DNA of 64,000 nt. Origin: Nitrosopumilus sp. (GTDB lineage Archaea; Thermoproteota; Nitrososphaeria; Nitrososphaerales; Nitrosopumilaceae). The translations under genes and the position numbers were made by a program. The notes under the pieces were generated by a model. That model worked only from the letters and a program-made list of their open reading frames with translations. It was not told where the DNA came from and ran no database searches. Positions 10,103-20,097 of this stretch are shown piece by piece. The stretch's first letter is position 1. Every line of letters begins with the position of its first letter. Location of the stretch: assembly GCA_965218785.1 (NCBI GenBank), contig OZ244650.1, forward strand, positions 704,001-768,000, in the 5' to 3' direction.

Positions 10103-11401
10103 ATGGCAACTAAACCCCATCTGAACATGATTGTTACAGGTCACATTGATAATGGGAAATCGACTACTATGGGTCATTTCTTGATGGATCTAGGCGTTGT
10201 AGATGAAAGAACCATCGCAGCACATGCAGTTGAATCTGAAAAGACCGGAAAAGGTGATACTTTCAAGTATGCGTGGGTTATGGACAACATTAAGGATGAA
10301 AGAGAAAGAGGCATTACAATAGATCTAGCTTTTCAAAAATTCGAATCTGCAAAGTATTTCTTTACTTTGATTGATGCTCCCGGTCACAGGGACTTTATTA
10401 AAAACATGATTACCGGCGCTTCTGAGGCAGATGCGGCCATCTTGGTGCTTTCAGCAAAAGAAGGCGAGACTGATACTGCAATTGCAGCAGGAGGACAAGC
10501 AAGGGAGCACGCATTCTTGCTAAAAACACTCGGTGTAAGCCAACTAATCGTTGCAATCAATAAAATGGATGACAGCAACTATTCTGAAGATGCATTCAAG
10601 GCAGCCAAAGCAAAAGGTGAAAAACTGGTACAATCCGTAGGCTACAAGCTAGATAAAGTGCCTTTCATTCCAATCTCCGGATGGAAAGGCGATAACCTGG
10701 TTAAAAAATCCGAAAACATGTCATGGTACGCTGGTAAAACACTTCTTGAAGCATTTGATGACTTTATAGTGGCAGAAAAACCAATAGGCAAACCACTACG
10801 TGTTCCAATTCAAGACGTCTACACCATTACAGGTGTGGGTACTGTTCCTGTAGGCAGAGTTGAGACGGGAGTCATGAAAGCAGGTGACAAAATCGTCGTC
10901 ATGCCTTCTGGCGCTCCTGGTGAAATCAAATCTATTGAGACTCACCACACGGAAATGCCATCTGCAGAGGCAGGTGATAACATTGGTTTTAACTTGAGAG
11001 GTGTTGAAAAGAAGGATATCAAAAGAGGTGACGTACTTGGAACTCCTGACGCACCACCAAATGTTGCAAAAGAGTTCAAGGCACAAATTATAGTTATTCA
11101 CCATCCGACGGCAATTGCACCTGGCTACACGCCAGTCATGCACGCACATACTGCGCAAGTTGCAGCGACTGTTACAGAGTTTCTCCAAAAGATAAATCCT
11201 GCAACCGGTGCAGTTGAGGAAGAGAATCCAAAGTTCCTCAAAGTTGGTGATTCTGCAATTGTAAAGATCAGACCGGTGAGACCCACATGCATCGAAACCT
11301 TCAAAGATTTTCCTGAAATGGGTAGATTCGCTCTAAGAGACATGGGCGCAACTATCGCAGCAGGTATCGTTAAGGAAATTACCGAAGAATACAAGCCATA
11401 G
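10103..11401 (+). CDS. tuf: Translation elongation factor EF-1alpha
   Basis: GHIDNGKST, ERERGITI, DAPGH, NKMD, GRFALRDMG. Confidence 0.99.
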   Translation: MATKPHLNMIVTGHIDNGKSTTMGHFLMDLGVVDERTIAAHAVESEKTGKGDTFKYAWVMDNIKDERERGITIDLAFQKFESAKYFFTLIDAPGHRDFIKNMITGASEADAAILVLSAKEGETDTAIAAGGQAREHAFLLKTLGVSQLIVAINKMDDSNYSEDAFKAAKAKGEKLVQSVGYKLDKVPFIPISGWKGDNLVKKSENMSWYAGKTLLEAFDDFIVAEKPIGKPLRVPIQDVYTITGVGTVPVGRVETGVMKAGDKIVVMPSGAPGEIKSIETHHTEMPSAEAGDNIGFNLRGVEKKDIKRGDVLGTPDAPPNVAKEFKAQIIVIHHPTAIAPGYTPVMHAHTAQVAATVTEFLQKINPATGAVEEENPKFLKVGDSAIVKIRPVRPTCIETFKDFPEMGRFALRDMGATIAAGIVKEITEEYKP

Positions 11402-11411
11402 GCGGATTTTA

Positions 11412-11720
11412 ATGACGCAGACAGCCCGTGTTAAACTGACTTCAACTAGTTTGGAAAAGTTACGGAGTGTTTGCGGGGAAATCATGGGTATTGGCAAAAA
11501 AACCGGTGTTAAAGTAAAAGGTCCCACCCCTCTTCCTGTAAAGAGACTGCATGTTGCAACTAGAAAGTCCCCCTGTGGCAGCGGTACTGAAACCTATGAA
11601 AAATGGGAGATGAAGATGCATCGAAGAATCATAAACATTAATGCCGATGACAAGGCCATAAGACAGTTAATGAGATTAAAAATCCCAGATGACGTCTATA
11701 TTGAATTGTCCCTGACATAA
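11412..11720 (+). CDS. rpsJ: 30S ribosomal protein S10 (uS10)
   Basis: GPTPLP..RKSPCGSG..WEMKMHRR; follows tuf. Confidence 0.97.
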   Translation: MTQTARVKLTSTSLEKLRSVCGEIMGIGKKTGVKVKGPTPLPVKRLHVATRKSPCGSGTETYEKWEMKMHRRIININADDKAIRQLMRLKIPDDVYIELSLT

Positions 11721-11757
11721 TTGGAATCCTTAAATTATAGAAATTTTGATGATAAAC

Positions 11758-11952
11758 ATGGCTGAAGAAAACCTTGATGAAATAGAAGAAACCCCTGCAG
11801 AGACATTTGATGTAAATCATTCCTGTCTTAGATGTGGGACAGTCGTCTCCAATATTGAATTATCCCGCCTGCCTGAAATCAAGTGCATCTGCGGATTCAG
11901 GGTATTTACTAAAGTAAGACCCCCTGTTGTAAAAACAGTAAACGCGATATAA
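11758..11952 (+). CDS. rpoP: RNA polymerase subunit Rpo12 (RpoP)
   Basis: CLRCG...IKCICGFRVFTKVRP zinc ribbon. Confidence 0.88.
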   Translation: MAEENLDEIEETPAETFDVNHSCLRCGTVVSNIELSRLPEIKCICGFRVFTKVRPPVVKTVNAI

Positions 11953-12150
11953 TCATCTGTCTTTTTTGTAACTGTGTTCTCTTTGCAGGTGTGTTCTCAT
12001 ATCCTCCATGTTTGGGAAATACATGTTGCATTCCCTGCAGTCGTACTGTAGATCCTTGCCATGAATGATTTGTTTGTGATTCATCATCTCTTCTTCTTTT
12101 GAAAATTTTTTCCCACAAACATCACATGTAATTTTTTTAAAAAATCCCAC
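11953..12150 (-). CDS. Small protein with two C2H2 zinc fingers
   Basis: CDVCGKKF..HKQIIH and CRECNMYF..HLQREH. Confidence 0.85.
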   Translation of the reverse strand: MGFFKKITCDVCGKKFSKEEEMMNHKQIIHGKDLQYDCRECNMYFPNMEDMRTHLQREHSYKKDR

Positions 12151-12152
12151 TT

Positions 12153-12563
12153 TTATCCAAACTCTGTTTTTTTCTCATCCCAGCACTTTCTACACAGCTG
12201 GCCCTCAATATTCCATTTCCCCTTTGGATTATACCTGATCAGCCCCATCTTTCCGCCGCACAGCGAACAAAAGTTCTTTCTTTTGCCATGATCTTCTTCT
12301 TTTTTATCAAAGCATGCCTTGCACAACAAACCTTCCATGTCCCACTGCCATCGCGGCTCCCACAAATCTGTGATCTTTTGGGTCGTTTTGCATTCTACAC
12401 ATGGCTGCCTTACCTTTCCCTCATAGTATTCCTTTGATTTATCAAAATGACAATCACCGCAAAGTGAACCCTTGAGGTTCCATTCCTTTTTTGGTTTGTG
12501 TTTGTGGGTTAGTTCCTTATTACAAACAGCACAGTATGTCGGTTTTTTACTAAACAGTCCCAT
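12153..12563 (-). CDS. Cys-rich protein with three repeated C4 zinc-binding units
   Basis: Three CxxC...W..xGxLCxxC units. Confidence 0.8.
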   Translation of the reverse strand: MGLFSKKPTYCAVCNKELTHKHKPKKEWNLKGSLCGDCHFDKSKEYYEGKVRQPCVECKTTQKITDLWEPRWQWDMEGLLCKACFDKKEEDHGKRKNFCSLCGGKMGLIRYNPKGKWNIEGQLCRKCWDEKKTEFG

Positions 12564-12832
12564 GTCTATGATATTTTAAATAATTTCATCTATTAAATGT
12601 AATAAAAAATAAAAGATGCCAAATTAGAGCGATTCTTCCCCTGTATCCTGGATTGTAATACCATCTGGATTTAGCTAATTACTGATGAGATGTGTGATTT
12701 TTGAGCAATGTCTACAAAATTGATTCCAGATATATCACATTTCAAAAGCGCATGATATCTAATGATAATATTAGCTGATCTCATGACTATCATAACTTGC
12801 GTTAGATCAGATCATAAAAATAATAAAATTTT

Positions 12833-12955
12833 TTATCTGCCTAGAATTTTCTCAAGGGCCTGACTTGCATTAGTCATGCCATTTCTCTTGGCAAATTTCT
12901 CGATCATTTTGTATTGTTTTTCAGTAAAACAAACCGGCATTGAACGTCTTTCCAT
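12833..12955 (-). CDS. 40-aa ribbon-helix-helix-like protein (not in ORF track)
   Basis: Manual translation MERRSMPVCFTEKQYKMIEKFAKRNGMTNASQALEKILGR; strand-helix-helix pattern. Confidence 0.65.
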   Translation of the reverse strand: MERRSMPVCFTEKQYKMIEKFAKRNGMTNASQALEKILGR

Positions 12956-13290
12956 GAATATGGTCAGATATTTTACCTAATATCTTTTTCTCTTGGAGGT
13001 TTTGTTGTAAATTGGCGGTATAGGCATGAATGTGAATCTTCTCAAAAATCAAAAATCCTGTCTATTGGAAATTAACTTGCAGTATCTTGAATCAGATTCT
13101 GTAGCATTATAGAAATCTAAAATTTGAATCTGGAGAAGATTTGTATTTCATGTCTCTTGCCCCCGTATCTGATAATTTTACAAACCCTCTAAAGCGGCAT
13201 GTTGTAATGCTACGTCGGAATCTGTAAAAGTTGTTACAGAGAAAACAGTCAAAATGACAAGCAAAATAGCAGGATAACTCGAATCATGAT

Positions 13291-13998
13291 TTATTGGGAT
13301 TCATTAATCACAATATCCATAGATATACTCGTGTCACGGTGGTTATCATATACTGTGTTGTTTTTTATTGTGTATTTTGAGTGTTCTCCCAACACTGAAC
13401 TATAAAATGGTATGAACTGTTCTACGCGAGTAATGTCATCCACTGCATAAAAAGTATAATCATAAACCGGCACGGCAGATATATGCACGATTATTTCTTC
13501 ACCTATCTCATATTGAGCATTTTCTGGCAATGTGAGATAAACCTTGTTTGGATCATACAATGACGCAGTTGCATTTTTAAAAGCATATACAAAATCACCA
13601 TTATCATCTAATGTATAATACCACACATGACTAACAACTGTAAAAATTTTGCAATTCCAAGTGCCTTTGTAAATTTCATCTACAGATAGGATGACTGGAA
13701 ATGCAGCATTACCATGATGTGCGTTCCCCCTGGGAATCCAGTGTAATGGTTCTCCAACAGAAAGTACGGTGCCACGAATTGTATATAATACCGCATCTGC
13801 AATGTCTGACACAGACGTAGTCCTCCAAGAAGCACCGCCACCGCCGCCTCCAACATCGAGATTTTTTCTTGCATCATAATTGTAAATGAAATCCTGCGAT
13901 TCTACATCTGAACATCCATCAGGAGCATATGTAAAAACGAACGCGCCAACCGCCGCCATACCAACAATGGCAGAAATAATGTAATACTGTTTGTTCAT
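13291..13998 (-). CDS. Exported/membrane-anchored hypothetical protein
   Basis: N-terminal hydrophobic helix, Gly6 linker, beta-rich domain similar to 35992..36549. Confidence 0.75.
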   Translation of the reverse strand: MNKQYYIISAIVGMAAVGAFVFTYAPDGCSDVESQDFIYNYDARKNLDVGGGGGGASWRTTSVSDIADAVLYTIRGTVLSVGEPLHWIPRGNAHHGNAAFPVILSVDEIYKGTWNCKIFTVVSHVWYYTLDDNGDFVYAFKNATASLYDPNKVYLTLPENAQYEIGEEIIVHISAVPVYDYTFYAVDDITRVEQFIPFYSSVLGEHSKYTIKNNTVYDNHRDTSISMDIVINESQ

Positions 13999-14054
13999 GA
14001 AAAAAGGGATTTTTTATTACTAATAAAGAATGATAAAGACACATTGTAAGGAGA

Positions 14055-14065
14055 GGGGGGGGGGG
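14055..14065. repeat. G11 homopolymer tract
   Basis: gaga-G11-agaga, 57 bp upstream of the 13998 start. Confidence 0.9.
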
Positions 14066-14264
14066 AGAGATCTTACTAGTCACAATATCCAATGTTTTCG
14101 ATCAACCCACACTCTAAATATAATTCAGCATCAATTCTGACAACTGCCAAATTTAGAAATTAAGATTTTACGGGATGAGATTGCCAAACCTATTACAGAG
14201 AACAAGAAAAATGTCTCCACACAAAAAGATTTATTGCGAATAAAAGAAGAACAAAAACTTGAAA

Positions 14265-14516
14265 ACACGAAATTACATCATCTTGCATGGATTGTTCCTG
14301 TCGTCTTGAACCGTGCCCACAGCCTTCGTACGTGTCTGGCAGTGATGCCAAGATTCTTTGCTATCTGTGTGGGTGTTATTCCGTTTTTGCACCATCTGAT
14401 TAGATACTGTATGACTTTTCTGTCGGTCTTTTTTTCATGTTTTTTTGTGATCGAAGCATCTAAAATAATCCATTACTGTCCTCGGATCCGGGGAGGATTA
14501 CTTTTCGTACCATAGA
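14265..14516 (-). mobile_element. Internally deleted IS481-like element with transposase N-terminal HTH remnant (14278..14438)
   Basis: MKK/(frameshift)TDRKVIQYLIRWCKNGITPTQIAKNLGITARHVRRLWARFKTTG; upstream end shared with 20395..20500. Confidence 0.7.
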
Positions 14517-14629
14517 CTAAGGTTACCTGTAGCAAGACACGAAAGCTTGTTTAATTTAGCATGGATTTGATCATAAAATGATTCATAACGTAAGAACGAA
14601 TTTTTGTGTCTTCCTAGTGTAATCTTTTA

Positions 14630-14935
14630 TTATTCAAATGAAAGGCGATTTCCAATGCTTATGATAAACCACCATACATACCAGGCGATCACAAATGGGT
14701 ATGCTTTGGAAGATTTCCAAAACCATATTCCTCCCATAATTCCAAAAACTGCAAAAGGTACTATAATTAAAAGCGCATCAATTCCATTGTATTTTTCTCC
14801 AAAAAAACGTGCTTCTGCACTAATCATAATAAACACAAATACAAATGTTGCCCACACCGTTTGTATAAGCGATGCTGTCTTTCTGACTAAATACAAAAAG
14901 AATGAAAAGGTTAGAACAGCCATCCCTCTTCTCAT
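14630..14935 (-). CDS. Hypothetical multi-pass membrane protein
   Basis: 101 aa, 3-4 hydrophobic segments, AT-rich. Confidence 0.5.
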   Translation of the reverse strand: MRRGMAVLTFSFFLYLVRKTASLIQTVWATFVFVFIMISAEARFFGEKYNGIDALLIIVPFAVFGIMGGIWFWKSSKAYPFVIAWYVWWFIISIGNRLSFE

Positions 14936-15132
14936 CCTCTGGTATCAGCATTAAAATAGATATTGAAGTTATAACCGGCATTTTGTTTGTATAAATCATT
15001 AGAACTACCTAACATTACTTCATACAAGTAACGGTATTATTTTTCAGAATAAACCCAATCTAACAGTTATAATATTATGATAAATTATCCTTTTTAGAAA
15101 GATATTTCAAACCATTTTTTTTAATATTCTCT

Positions 15133-15645
15133 GTGGCAAGAAAACGACAAATCCTGGTAATTGGAAATAACACAAATGGCTGTACTCCAAAACATGAAAA
15201 AATAGCTTATGATATTGGATATGAAATTGCAAAATCCGGCTCTGTTTTGATTAATGGCGGTTTGGGTGGCGTGATGGAGGCCGCATCACATGGCGCACAT
15301 GATGCCAAAGGTTTGACCATCGGAATAATCCCCCAAGATGACTCTTCTTTTGCAAATGAATTCTGTGATGTTGTAATACCCACCGGCATGGGTCTTACCC
15401 GTGACTATCTTAATGCACTGAGTGCCGATGGAGTCATTATTGTTGGCGGTGGTTCTGGAACTTTGTCTGAAGCATGTGCATCATACATGTACAAAAAACC
15501 CATGGTTGCAATCAAAAACCTGGGAGGCTCGGCTGATTCATACATCGACGGATACATTGATCACAGAAAAAACATCAAAATAATAGGTGTTGATACTGCC
15601 AAACAGGCAGTAAGGAAAATCTTGGAATTAATTAGTGCGCGTTAA
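15133..15645 (+). CDS. TIGR00725 / LOG-family Rossmann-fold protein
   Basis: GGLGGVMEAA, GIIP, GGGSGTLSE. Confidence 0.9.
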   Translation: MARKRQILVIGNNTNGCTPKHEKIAYDIGYEIAKSGSVLINGGLGGVMEAASHGAHDAKGLTIGIIPQDDSSFANEFCDVVIPTGMGLTRDYLNALSADGVIIVGGGSGTLSEACASYMYKKPMVAIKNLGGSADSYIDGYIDHRKNIKIIGVDTAKQAVRKILELISAR

Positions 15646-15797
15646 TTTCTTGCATCTTTTTGTAAAATACCGCCTTGTCTGATGTTATTGCACCGATCGT
15701 AGATGGGAGATCTGATGACTGCCTGTACTAAATAACAATTCTTTTGCTAGTTTTGTTGATTATGATGTTATGATGAATCTGCCTTGTGCTGAACTGA

Positions 15798-16937
15798 TTA
15801 TTGCATGGAAATTAGCAGCGGATCCGGCCTGTAAAACTCGCCGTGTTTGTCTGCAAGTTTGTTTAATTCATCAGTAATTCTCTTTATTCCGATTTCTTTT
15901 GCAGTTTCAAATAACGGTTTTTTAAGACCCAGCCCCAGCCGTGCTGCTTTTTCAATCTCTTCGATGTCACTTGCCCCATTTGTGACAAGCCATGCGGCAT
16001 TGTTTAAAATATTTGCAACCAGTTGAATCGGATCATATTTTGCCGCCAGTTCTTCTGAAAGTGCTACACGCTCGTATTTCTCATCAGAATACTTGTAGTA
16101 TCCCTCTCCTGATTTTTGTCCCAGCCTTTTCTCATCAAACATCTTGCCAACTAGCGGATGAGGATTGATGACCTTGCCGTCTCGCAGATGCATCTCCACG
16201 GTTGCTTTGTGAATCACATCCATACCCGTAAAATCTGCCAGCTCAAAAATGCCCATTGGAAACCCCAGCTTGAATTTAACAGCAGAATCAATTTCCTCTA
16301 GTGTTGCGCCTGTCCTGTCTTTTACAAAACATGCCTCATGAACCATTGGAATAAACAGCCTGTTGATTATGAATCCCGGAACGTCTTTTCTGCACAGTAC
16401 TGCCTGCTTGTTGACTGATTTTACGTATTCCAGTGTCAAATCAGTTATCTCCTGTGCTGTTTTTTCTCCCGGAATCACCTCGACTAGTTTCATGAGTTGT
16501 GGAGGATTGAAAAAATGAATTCCTATGAATTTTTCAGGACGCGATGTAGTGTTTGCTATTTCGGTGATTGGTAACGTGCTGGTATTTGATGCAAAGATTA
16601 CCTGCGGTCCTGCAACCTCGTCTAACTCTGCATATACCTTCTTTTTTAGATCCATTATCTCCGGCACTACCTCGATGACCATCTCTGCATCCCTTACTGC
16701 CTCATTCAAATCCACAACGGGTCTGATTCTTGAAAATATTGCGTCTCCTTCTGATGCTGTGATCTTTTCCTTGGTGACTAGTTTGTCCAGACTCCATTTT
16801 ATTTTCCCCATGGCCTTATCTAGGAATCCCTGTTCAATATCCCGCAATACCACGTTGTATCCTGCAGTTGCTGAAACCTGGGCAATGCCGTGACCCATGA
16901 CGCCAGAACCTAAAACCGTGATATTTTTTATCATCAC
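15798..16937 (-). CDS. hbd: 3-hydroxybutyryl-CoA (3-hydroxyacyl-CoA) dehydrogenase, likely HP/HB cycle enzyme
   Basis: VLGSGVMGHGIA, ASNTSTL, GIHFFNPP, PGFIINRL, PMGIFELAD. Confidence 0.93.
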   Translation of the reverse strand: MMIKNITVLGSGVMGHGIAQVSATAGYNVVLRDIEQGFLDKAMGKIKWSLDKLVTKEKITASEGDAIFSRIRPVVDLNEAVRDAEMVIEVVPEIMDLKKKVYAELDEVAGPQVIFASNTSTLPITEIANTTSRPEKFIGIHFFNPPQLMKLVEVIPGEKTAQEITDLTLEYVKSVNKQAVLCRKDVPGFIINRLFIPMVHEACFVKDRTGATLEEIDSAVKFKLGFPMGIFELADFTGMDVIHKATVEMHLRDGKVINPHPLVGKMFDEKRLGQKSGEGYYKYSDEKYERVALSEELAAKYDPIQLVANILNNAAWLVTNGASDIEEIEKAARLGLGLKKPLFETAKEIGIKRITDELNKLADKHGEFYRPDPLLISMQ

Positions 16938-17291
16938 GATCCTCCAAAAACCGTATATCCTTTATAATGTATTTGAAGCGAGGTTTGGAATCTCGGTTTA
17001 TGACTAATGATCATCGATTCCATGTGATAAAGTAATGAATACTAGGACTTGTGTGTTTGACCTATCAAAAAGACTGACATCAGATGCAGCTGGCGGTGGG
17101 TACTATCGTTGTTGATTTTGATTCATCCGGATGCCCAGCATCCATAAAATGCGATCTATCCACATTTTCCCTTAGGAAATGAGAAAAAAGCCTCTTTGAT
17201 TTAAGCGATCAGATACCTTGCGTCTTTTTCTCAAATCTGTGGGGAAGACATTTCGCATCATTTTTAATGTATCTTAAATTTTCATAAAATC

Positions 17292-17459
17292 ATGGGTTTG
17301 TTCAAACGCAACAAAGACGACGATAACAAAACAAAATGTGACACGTGTGGGACAGAACTGCATGATCCTGAGCGTTTAAAAAGACACATGAAAAAAGCAC
17401 ACGGAAATGTACCTGCAAAGAAATTGGATCCAAATGCCGGTGATGGTGGAACCTGGTAA
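17292..17459 (+). CDS. 55-aa C2H2 zinc-finger protein (not in ORF track)
   Basis: Manual translation MGLFKRNKDDDNKTKCDTCGTELHDPERLKRHMKKAHGNVPAKKLDPNAGDGGTW; stop abuts next start. Confidence 0.8.
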   Translation: MGLFKRNKDDDNKTKCDTCGTELHDPERLKRHMKKAHGNVPAKKLDPNAGDGGTW

Positions 17460-17750
17460 ATGGAACTCAATTCAAGTCAGAAAACCAGTCTGGTTTTTGT
17501 GGGTGCCTTTGTTGTCGCCGGAGTAATTTTATCAACTCTTGTTTTTCCATTCTGGAATCTAATTCGTGAGGATGTCTTTGAGGAAGTAGTGATCCTGATT
17601 AACGATGATGGGGTTTGCTATGTCGAAACCGCAGATAACGTCCCCAAGACCATTTATGACTGTACGTTTAATTCAGGCGAGAATGTCACGATCAAATTTG
17701 GCAAGGGTCTTGCGTGGGCGACAATTGTTTCTCCAGAACCGACGGCTTAA
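17460..17750 (+). CDS. Hypothetical membrane-anchored protein
   Basis: N-terminal TM helix and small beta domain with Cys pair. Confidence 0.75.
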   Translation: MELNSSQKTSLVFVGAFVVAGVILSTLVFPFWNLIREDVFEEVVILINDDGVCYVETADNVPKTIYDCTFNSGENVTIKFGKGLAWATIVSPEPTA

Positions 17751-17775
17751 TATTCTGAAAACCCTGTAAAACCGC

Positions 17776-18183
17776 ATGGAGTGTGTCTTTTGTAAAATTA
17801 TCGCCGGTGAAGTTCCTGCAAAAATTCTCAAGGAGACATCAAAGTCAATGTCATTTTTGGACGCATTTCCTCTTGCAGAAGGACACGTACTTGTAATTCC
17901 AAAAAACCACCATCAAAAAATTCAGGAACTGGACTCTGAAGAAAACGCTGATCTGTTTTCCCTTGTACATCAGATGATTCCCAAGGTGGATGAGTTGACT
18001 GGCGCTACTCTGGTTGCAGTACATGATGGAAGAGGCGCCGGCCAGGAGGTGCCACACGTTCACGTGCATCTGGTTCCCAGAAGTGCAGGTGACTCTGCTG
18101 GTACGATTCACAGCATGTTTGGCGCCACATTGAAACTATCTGAATCCAAAATTGAGGAACTTTACAATAAACTAAAAACCTAG
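17776..18183 (+). CDS. HIT family hydrolase
   Basis: CVFCKI, GHVLVIPK, HVHVHLVP histidine triad. Confidence 0.95.
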   Translation: MECVFCKIIAGEVPAKILKETSKSMSFLDAFPLAEGHVLVIPKNHHQKIQELDSEENADLFSLVHQMIPKVDELTGATLVAVHDGRGAGQEVPHVHVHLVPRSAGDSAGTIHSMFGATLKLSESKIEELYNKLKT

Positions 18184-18185
18184 AT

Positions 18186-18857
18186 TCAATAAGGAAACAG
18201 CCTTTCCTTTACGTCGATATCATCTACGATGATTGCCTTTGTTGGACATGTTCTTGCCGCGTTCATTATCTTGTTCATTCCCGCACCCTTTTGATTAATC
18301 ACTGATGATTTTGGATTTGACTTTGTTTCTCGGTTTATGTGAAAAACATCCGGAGCTATCATTTCACAGCTGCAGCAGCCAATACACAGACTCTCATCAA
18401 CATTTACAAACAGATTTGGCTGCTTGTTGGGCTCTCTTGCCTTGTCATATTCCCCGTTTTTACCGTCTGGTCGTATGCGTTCATTGTAATCTTTCCAAAA
18501 CTTTTGTTCATACTCTTTCCAAAAGTCGGGTTCTCCCTCTTCGAACTCTTTGGTGTATTTGCCCCAGTCTTGTTCTGGAATCTTTTCTTCCTTTGTAGCC
18601 CCCCACTGAGGTTTTCTGGCAAATCCCGCATTGGCTTTGTTTTTGGAATATTCCTGACGGGTTTTCTCCTCGCCACGATTCTTTTTGAGATGGGTGTATG
18701 CCTCTGTAATTTTTTTAAATTCGACATCATCCTCTTGGGTTCCGTTTTTTTTGTCCGGATGCATTTTTAGCGCCAATTTTCTATAGGCTGCCTTGATCTC
18801 ATCCTGGGATGAATCCTGCCCCACATCGAGTACTCTGAATGCCTGATACGTGTTCAC
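18186..18857 (-). CDS. DnaJ-domain / ferredoxin fusion (DnaJ-Fer)
   Basis: N-terminal J domain with HPD; C-terminal CIGCCSC...CP Fe-S motif. Confidence 0.92.
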   Translation of the reverse strand: MNTYQAFRVLDVGQDSSQDEIKAAYRKLALKMHPDKKNGTQEDDVEFKKITEAYTHLKKNRGEEKTRQEYSKNKANAGFARKPQWGATKEEKIPEQDWGKYTKEFEEGEPDFWKEYEQKFWKDYNERIRPDGKNGEYDKAREPNKQPNLFVNVDESLCIGCCSCEMIAPDVFHINRETKSNPKSSVINQKGAGMNKIMNAARTCPTKAIIVDDIDVKERLFPY

Positions 18858-18906
18858 TAAAGATAGAAACTAGTAATATGTTAAAAACAATTACACCATT
18901 TTGCCC

Positions 18907-19269
18907 TTATTCAAGCAAAATCTCGTTCTCTGCCTTCCATGCAGGCTCTACTATGCACAAAAACCTCAAATCCACCGAGCCGGTATTTTCAATAAACTGC
19001 CTGGAATTTGGCGGAACATATGCCGAATCGTCTTTTTCAAGATGGTATGTCTCCTCGTCGATCCTCAGCGTTCCCTCCCCGTCTAATATGTAGTATATCT
19101 CAGACGAGCTGATTTTATGAAGCCTGGTTTTTCTTTGAGGCTCTAGTGTAAACTGTGCAATGCTGTAGTTGATTCCGTTTAGGGTGTTGTGCGGATGAAA
19201 ATACTGCCTGATTTTACTTCCCTCATTTCCCTGTATGATGTCTATCTCGGAATTTTTTCTCAGTGACAT
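18907..19269 (-). CDS. Cupin domain protein
   Basis: LHKISSSEIYYILDGEG...YVPPNSRQFIEN. Confidence 0.88.
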   Translation of the reverse strand: MSLRKNSEIDIIQGNEGSKIRQYFHPHNTLNGINYSIAQFTLEPQRKTRLHKISSSEIYYILDGEGTLRIDEETYHLEKDDSAYVPPNSRQFIENTGSVDLRFLCIVEPAWKAENEILLE

Positions 19270-19274
19270 GCCGT

Positions 19275-19730
19275 TTAAATGATCTCTGAAACTTTGGTCT
19301 TAAAATCAGATTCATACCACACCGTTTTATACGTCGAATTTTTCCTAGGCAGGATGTTTATTGCAATATGGGAAAATGTCTTTTTCTTATTTGTTGAGCC
19401 GTGGATATGAAGCGTCTTTGATGGAATATGTACAATGTCCCCCTCCCTTAGTGGGATTTTCTGCATGCTTTTAATTTTGAAACTGGTTTTATTTGTTCCA
19501 TACCTTTTAAAAATTTCAAGACTGCCACTACCTCTTGTCACAATCAACACCTGGTTTCCATCATGTGTGTGAAGCTTTGTTTTAGATCCCAACTCAAAAT
19601 GAACATGATAGATATCCTGCCCGGCAGTTTCTATCTTTTTTGATAAAACCCTCATCCATGTTTTATTGGTAAACCAGTTTGGATTGATCTCTCTCCTGTC
19701 ATCTGCTCCGTAAATATTTGATTTTTTCAT
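19275..19730 (-). CDS. Cupin domain protein
   Basis: LHTHDGNQVLIVTRGSG...GDIVHIPSKTLHIHG. Confidence 0.88.
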   Translation of the reverse strand: MKKSNIYGADDRREINPNWFTNKTWMRVLSKKIETAGQDIYHVHFELGSKTKLHTHDGNQVLIVTRGSGSLEIFKRYGTNKTSFKIKSMQKIPLREGDIVHIPSKTLHIHGSTNKKKTFSHIAINILPRKNSTYKTVWYESDFKTKVSEII

Positions 19731-19731
19731 G

Positions 19732-20097
19732 TTAAATTCTGCCTAAAATCTTTTTTTTCTTTGCTTGGAATTCTTTTTCTGTAATTACTTTGGATTCTCT
19801 CAACTCTCCGAGTTTTTTTAACAACTCTAAATCCTCCTGGGTATTGTAAGTCATGTTTTTAGCAGCAGTTATTCCCTCGTTAATCTTTTTAATTCCTTTT
19901 TTATGCAGCGCCTTGCTCTCTTTTCTTGCCTGACTGTGAAGTTCGCCGCTTGTTTTTTTAGCCTGTTTTGCAGTTATTATGCCAATCTCCACTGCACCGT
20001 CTATTATCTCATCGGCCTTTTTGACTCCGTCTTGTAATGCATTGTCTGCTTTTTTTAGGAATTTTTCAATATAACTGCCTTTTTTTGCGGTCTTCAT
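19732..20097 (-). CDS. Helical protein with C-terminal SHOCT domain
   Basis: LKKLGELRESKVITEKEFQAKKKKIL. Confidence 0.8.
   Translation of the reverse strand: MKTAKKGSYIEKFLKKADNALQDGVKKADEIIDGAVEIGIITAKQAKKTSGELHSQARKESKALHKKGIKKINEGITAAKNMTYNTQEDLELLKKLGELRESKVITEKEFQAKKKKILGRI

Noticed and set aside
13127-13150. 22/24-nt match to 36684..36707 (aatctggagaagatYYgtatttca), each about 140 bp past one of the paralogous exported genes
   Set aside because: Opposite orientation relative to the two genes, no extension on either side, and short enough to be chance.
14234-14515. 93-aa plus-strand ORF
   Set aside because: Antisense shadow of the IS481-like transposase remnant.
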